From the NCBI GenBank assembly GCA_964016885.1, contig OZ024746.1:558001-622000 (forward strand): a DNA stretch of 64,000 nucleotides, given 5' to 3'. Position 1 is the first letter of the stretch; every line of letters starts with the position of its first letter. The notes beneath the pieces were generated by a model. The model was not told the origin of the DNA. It saw nothing but the letters and a program-made list of their open reading frames with translations, and did not search any database. This DNA is from Eledone cirrhosa (lineage: Eukaryota). Below, piece by piece: positions 62,931-64,000 of the stretch. The translations under genes and the position numbers were made by a program.

Positions 62931-63226
62931 CAAGGTTTAGCAAATAGAGAAAAAGTTTTTAAATAAATTTTAAAAAGTTCACTGTACTTACTATATGTAC
63001 CTTTACCGCGCAGTTTCAAATCCCAAAATAAATGGATAATCCAGGCGGACTTTCATTGAGAAGGGGACTCTCATCAGAAGGTTCTTCTCGCTCGGAGAAT
63101 ATAAAATTCCCGAGTTCAAATCACAAACTGGGGCCATACAAAACCGTTCCCGGATGAGAGTGAATGAGGAAGGAACCAATTTTGTCTAGTGCCATGTGTA
63201 AAGACAGAAGGCAAGGGCGGACAGGT

Positions 63227-63280
<54 letters not shown>

Positions 63281-63315
63281 TTGTTTTCATGTATTTAGCT
63301 TTTTTATTGTGCTTC

Positions 63316-63486
63316 GACCTGTTACATGTGTTTCACAGAGGATTGTCTCAGGGTCAACCATAGTAGTTATGAACCCTGTACTTTTTGTTGAATCACCAGT
63401 CTCAAAAGCAGACTGGTAATGGAGTTGGGTCCATAACTTCTATGGGTGACCTTGAGCCAGTCTCTGTGAAACACGCGTAACAGGTC
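63316..63486. repeat. ~170-bp imperfect fold-back with ~60-bp arms ending in GAAAC-ACGC-GTA
   Basis: gacctgttacatgtgtttcacagagg...gaaccc versus gggtcc...ctctgtgaaacacgcgtaacaggtc. Confidence 0.7.
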
Positions 63487-64000
63487 AATACACATTAAAA
63501 AACTAAATGTAAACTTCATCATTCTTATTAATATATACATTCTGCCTATGCGTAGAATGCTTATTTTGGTAGCACCATTAGTAATTCACCGAATCACATA
63601 CACTATATCATTATCATCATCATCTTTTAATGTCTATTTTCCACACTTAAATGGGTTAGATGGGTTGTCGTGTTATAAGTCAGGTGACCACATCTTGCTT
63701 ATACAGATCTTTTTTTTGGCTTGGTTTCTATGACTAGATGCCCTTATTAACACCAACCACATTACAGTGAGAACTGAGTGCTTTTTATCATGACACCGAA
63801 ATGACCATTTAACATAGTGGACTGGATGGGTTTTGTCATTCCACCAACACAACCACCTTACAGGATGGACTGAGTGCTTTTTGTTGTGTCATCAGCTTAA
63901 CCACCTCATATATATATAACCCATACTTGCGTGGAAGATAGATGTTAAACAATGATGATGTTTAACCCATGCTAGCGTGGAAGATGGACGTTAAACGAAG

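Noticed and set aside
63035-63085. Hammerhead on the minus strand (CTGATGA-GAG..CTC-aat-GAAA-GTCC..GGAT-TA)
   Set aside because: Stem I cannot form and there is a 3-nt insertion before GAAA; possibly chance or badly decayed.

Overview
Eukaryotic (metazoan) genomic DNA: AT-rich, spliced GT-AG genes, dense in microsatellites, SINEs and LINEs. The repeat landscape and single-exon C2H2 array suggest a mollusc, probably an octopus (inference, not checked). Four genes can be reconstructed by hand. (1) PHF5A (minus; exons 1-3, last exon presumably left of the window). (2) DDX47/RRP3 DEAD-box helicase (plus; 13 coding exons, 448 aa), head-to-head with PHF5A. (3) A single-exon C2H2 zinc-finger gene (10 intact fingers in a 3-finger periodic pattern). 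(4) A long minus-strand gene for a predicted secreted ~536-aa protein: signal peptide, 8 calcium-binding EGF exons, 2 chitin-binding type-2 (CBM14) domains. Introns and intergenic DNA hold remnants of RTE, CR1, Tx1/L1 and R4/Dong-like LINEs, tRNA-derived SINEs, MITEs and several mini/satellites. The most notable unannotated signal is a set of small, (TA)n-embedded, often fold-back elements carrying type I hammerhead-ribozyme folds from at least four sequence families; one family shows a compensatory change in stem I between copies. They are probably non-autonomous Penelope-like/retrozyme-type elements. A second signal is repeated, independent birth of 46-48 bp minisatellites from one segment of an RTE LINE 3' UTR. 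All coordinates were read by eye; repeat boundaries are approximate.
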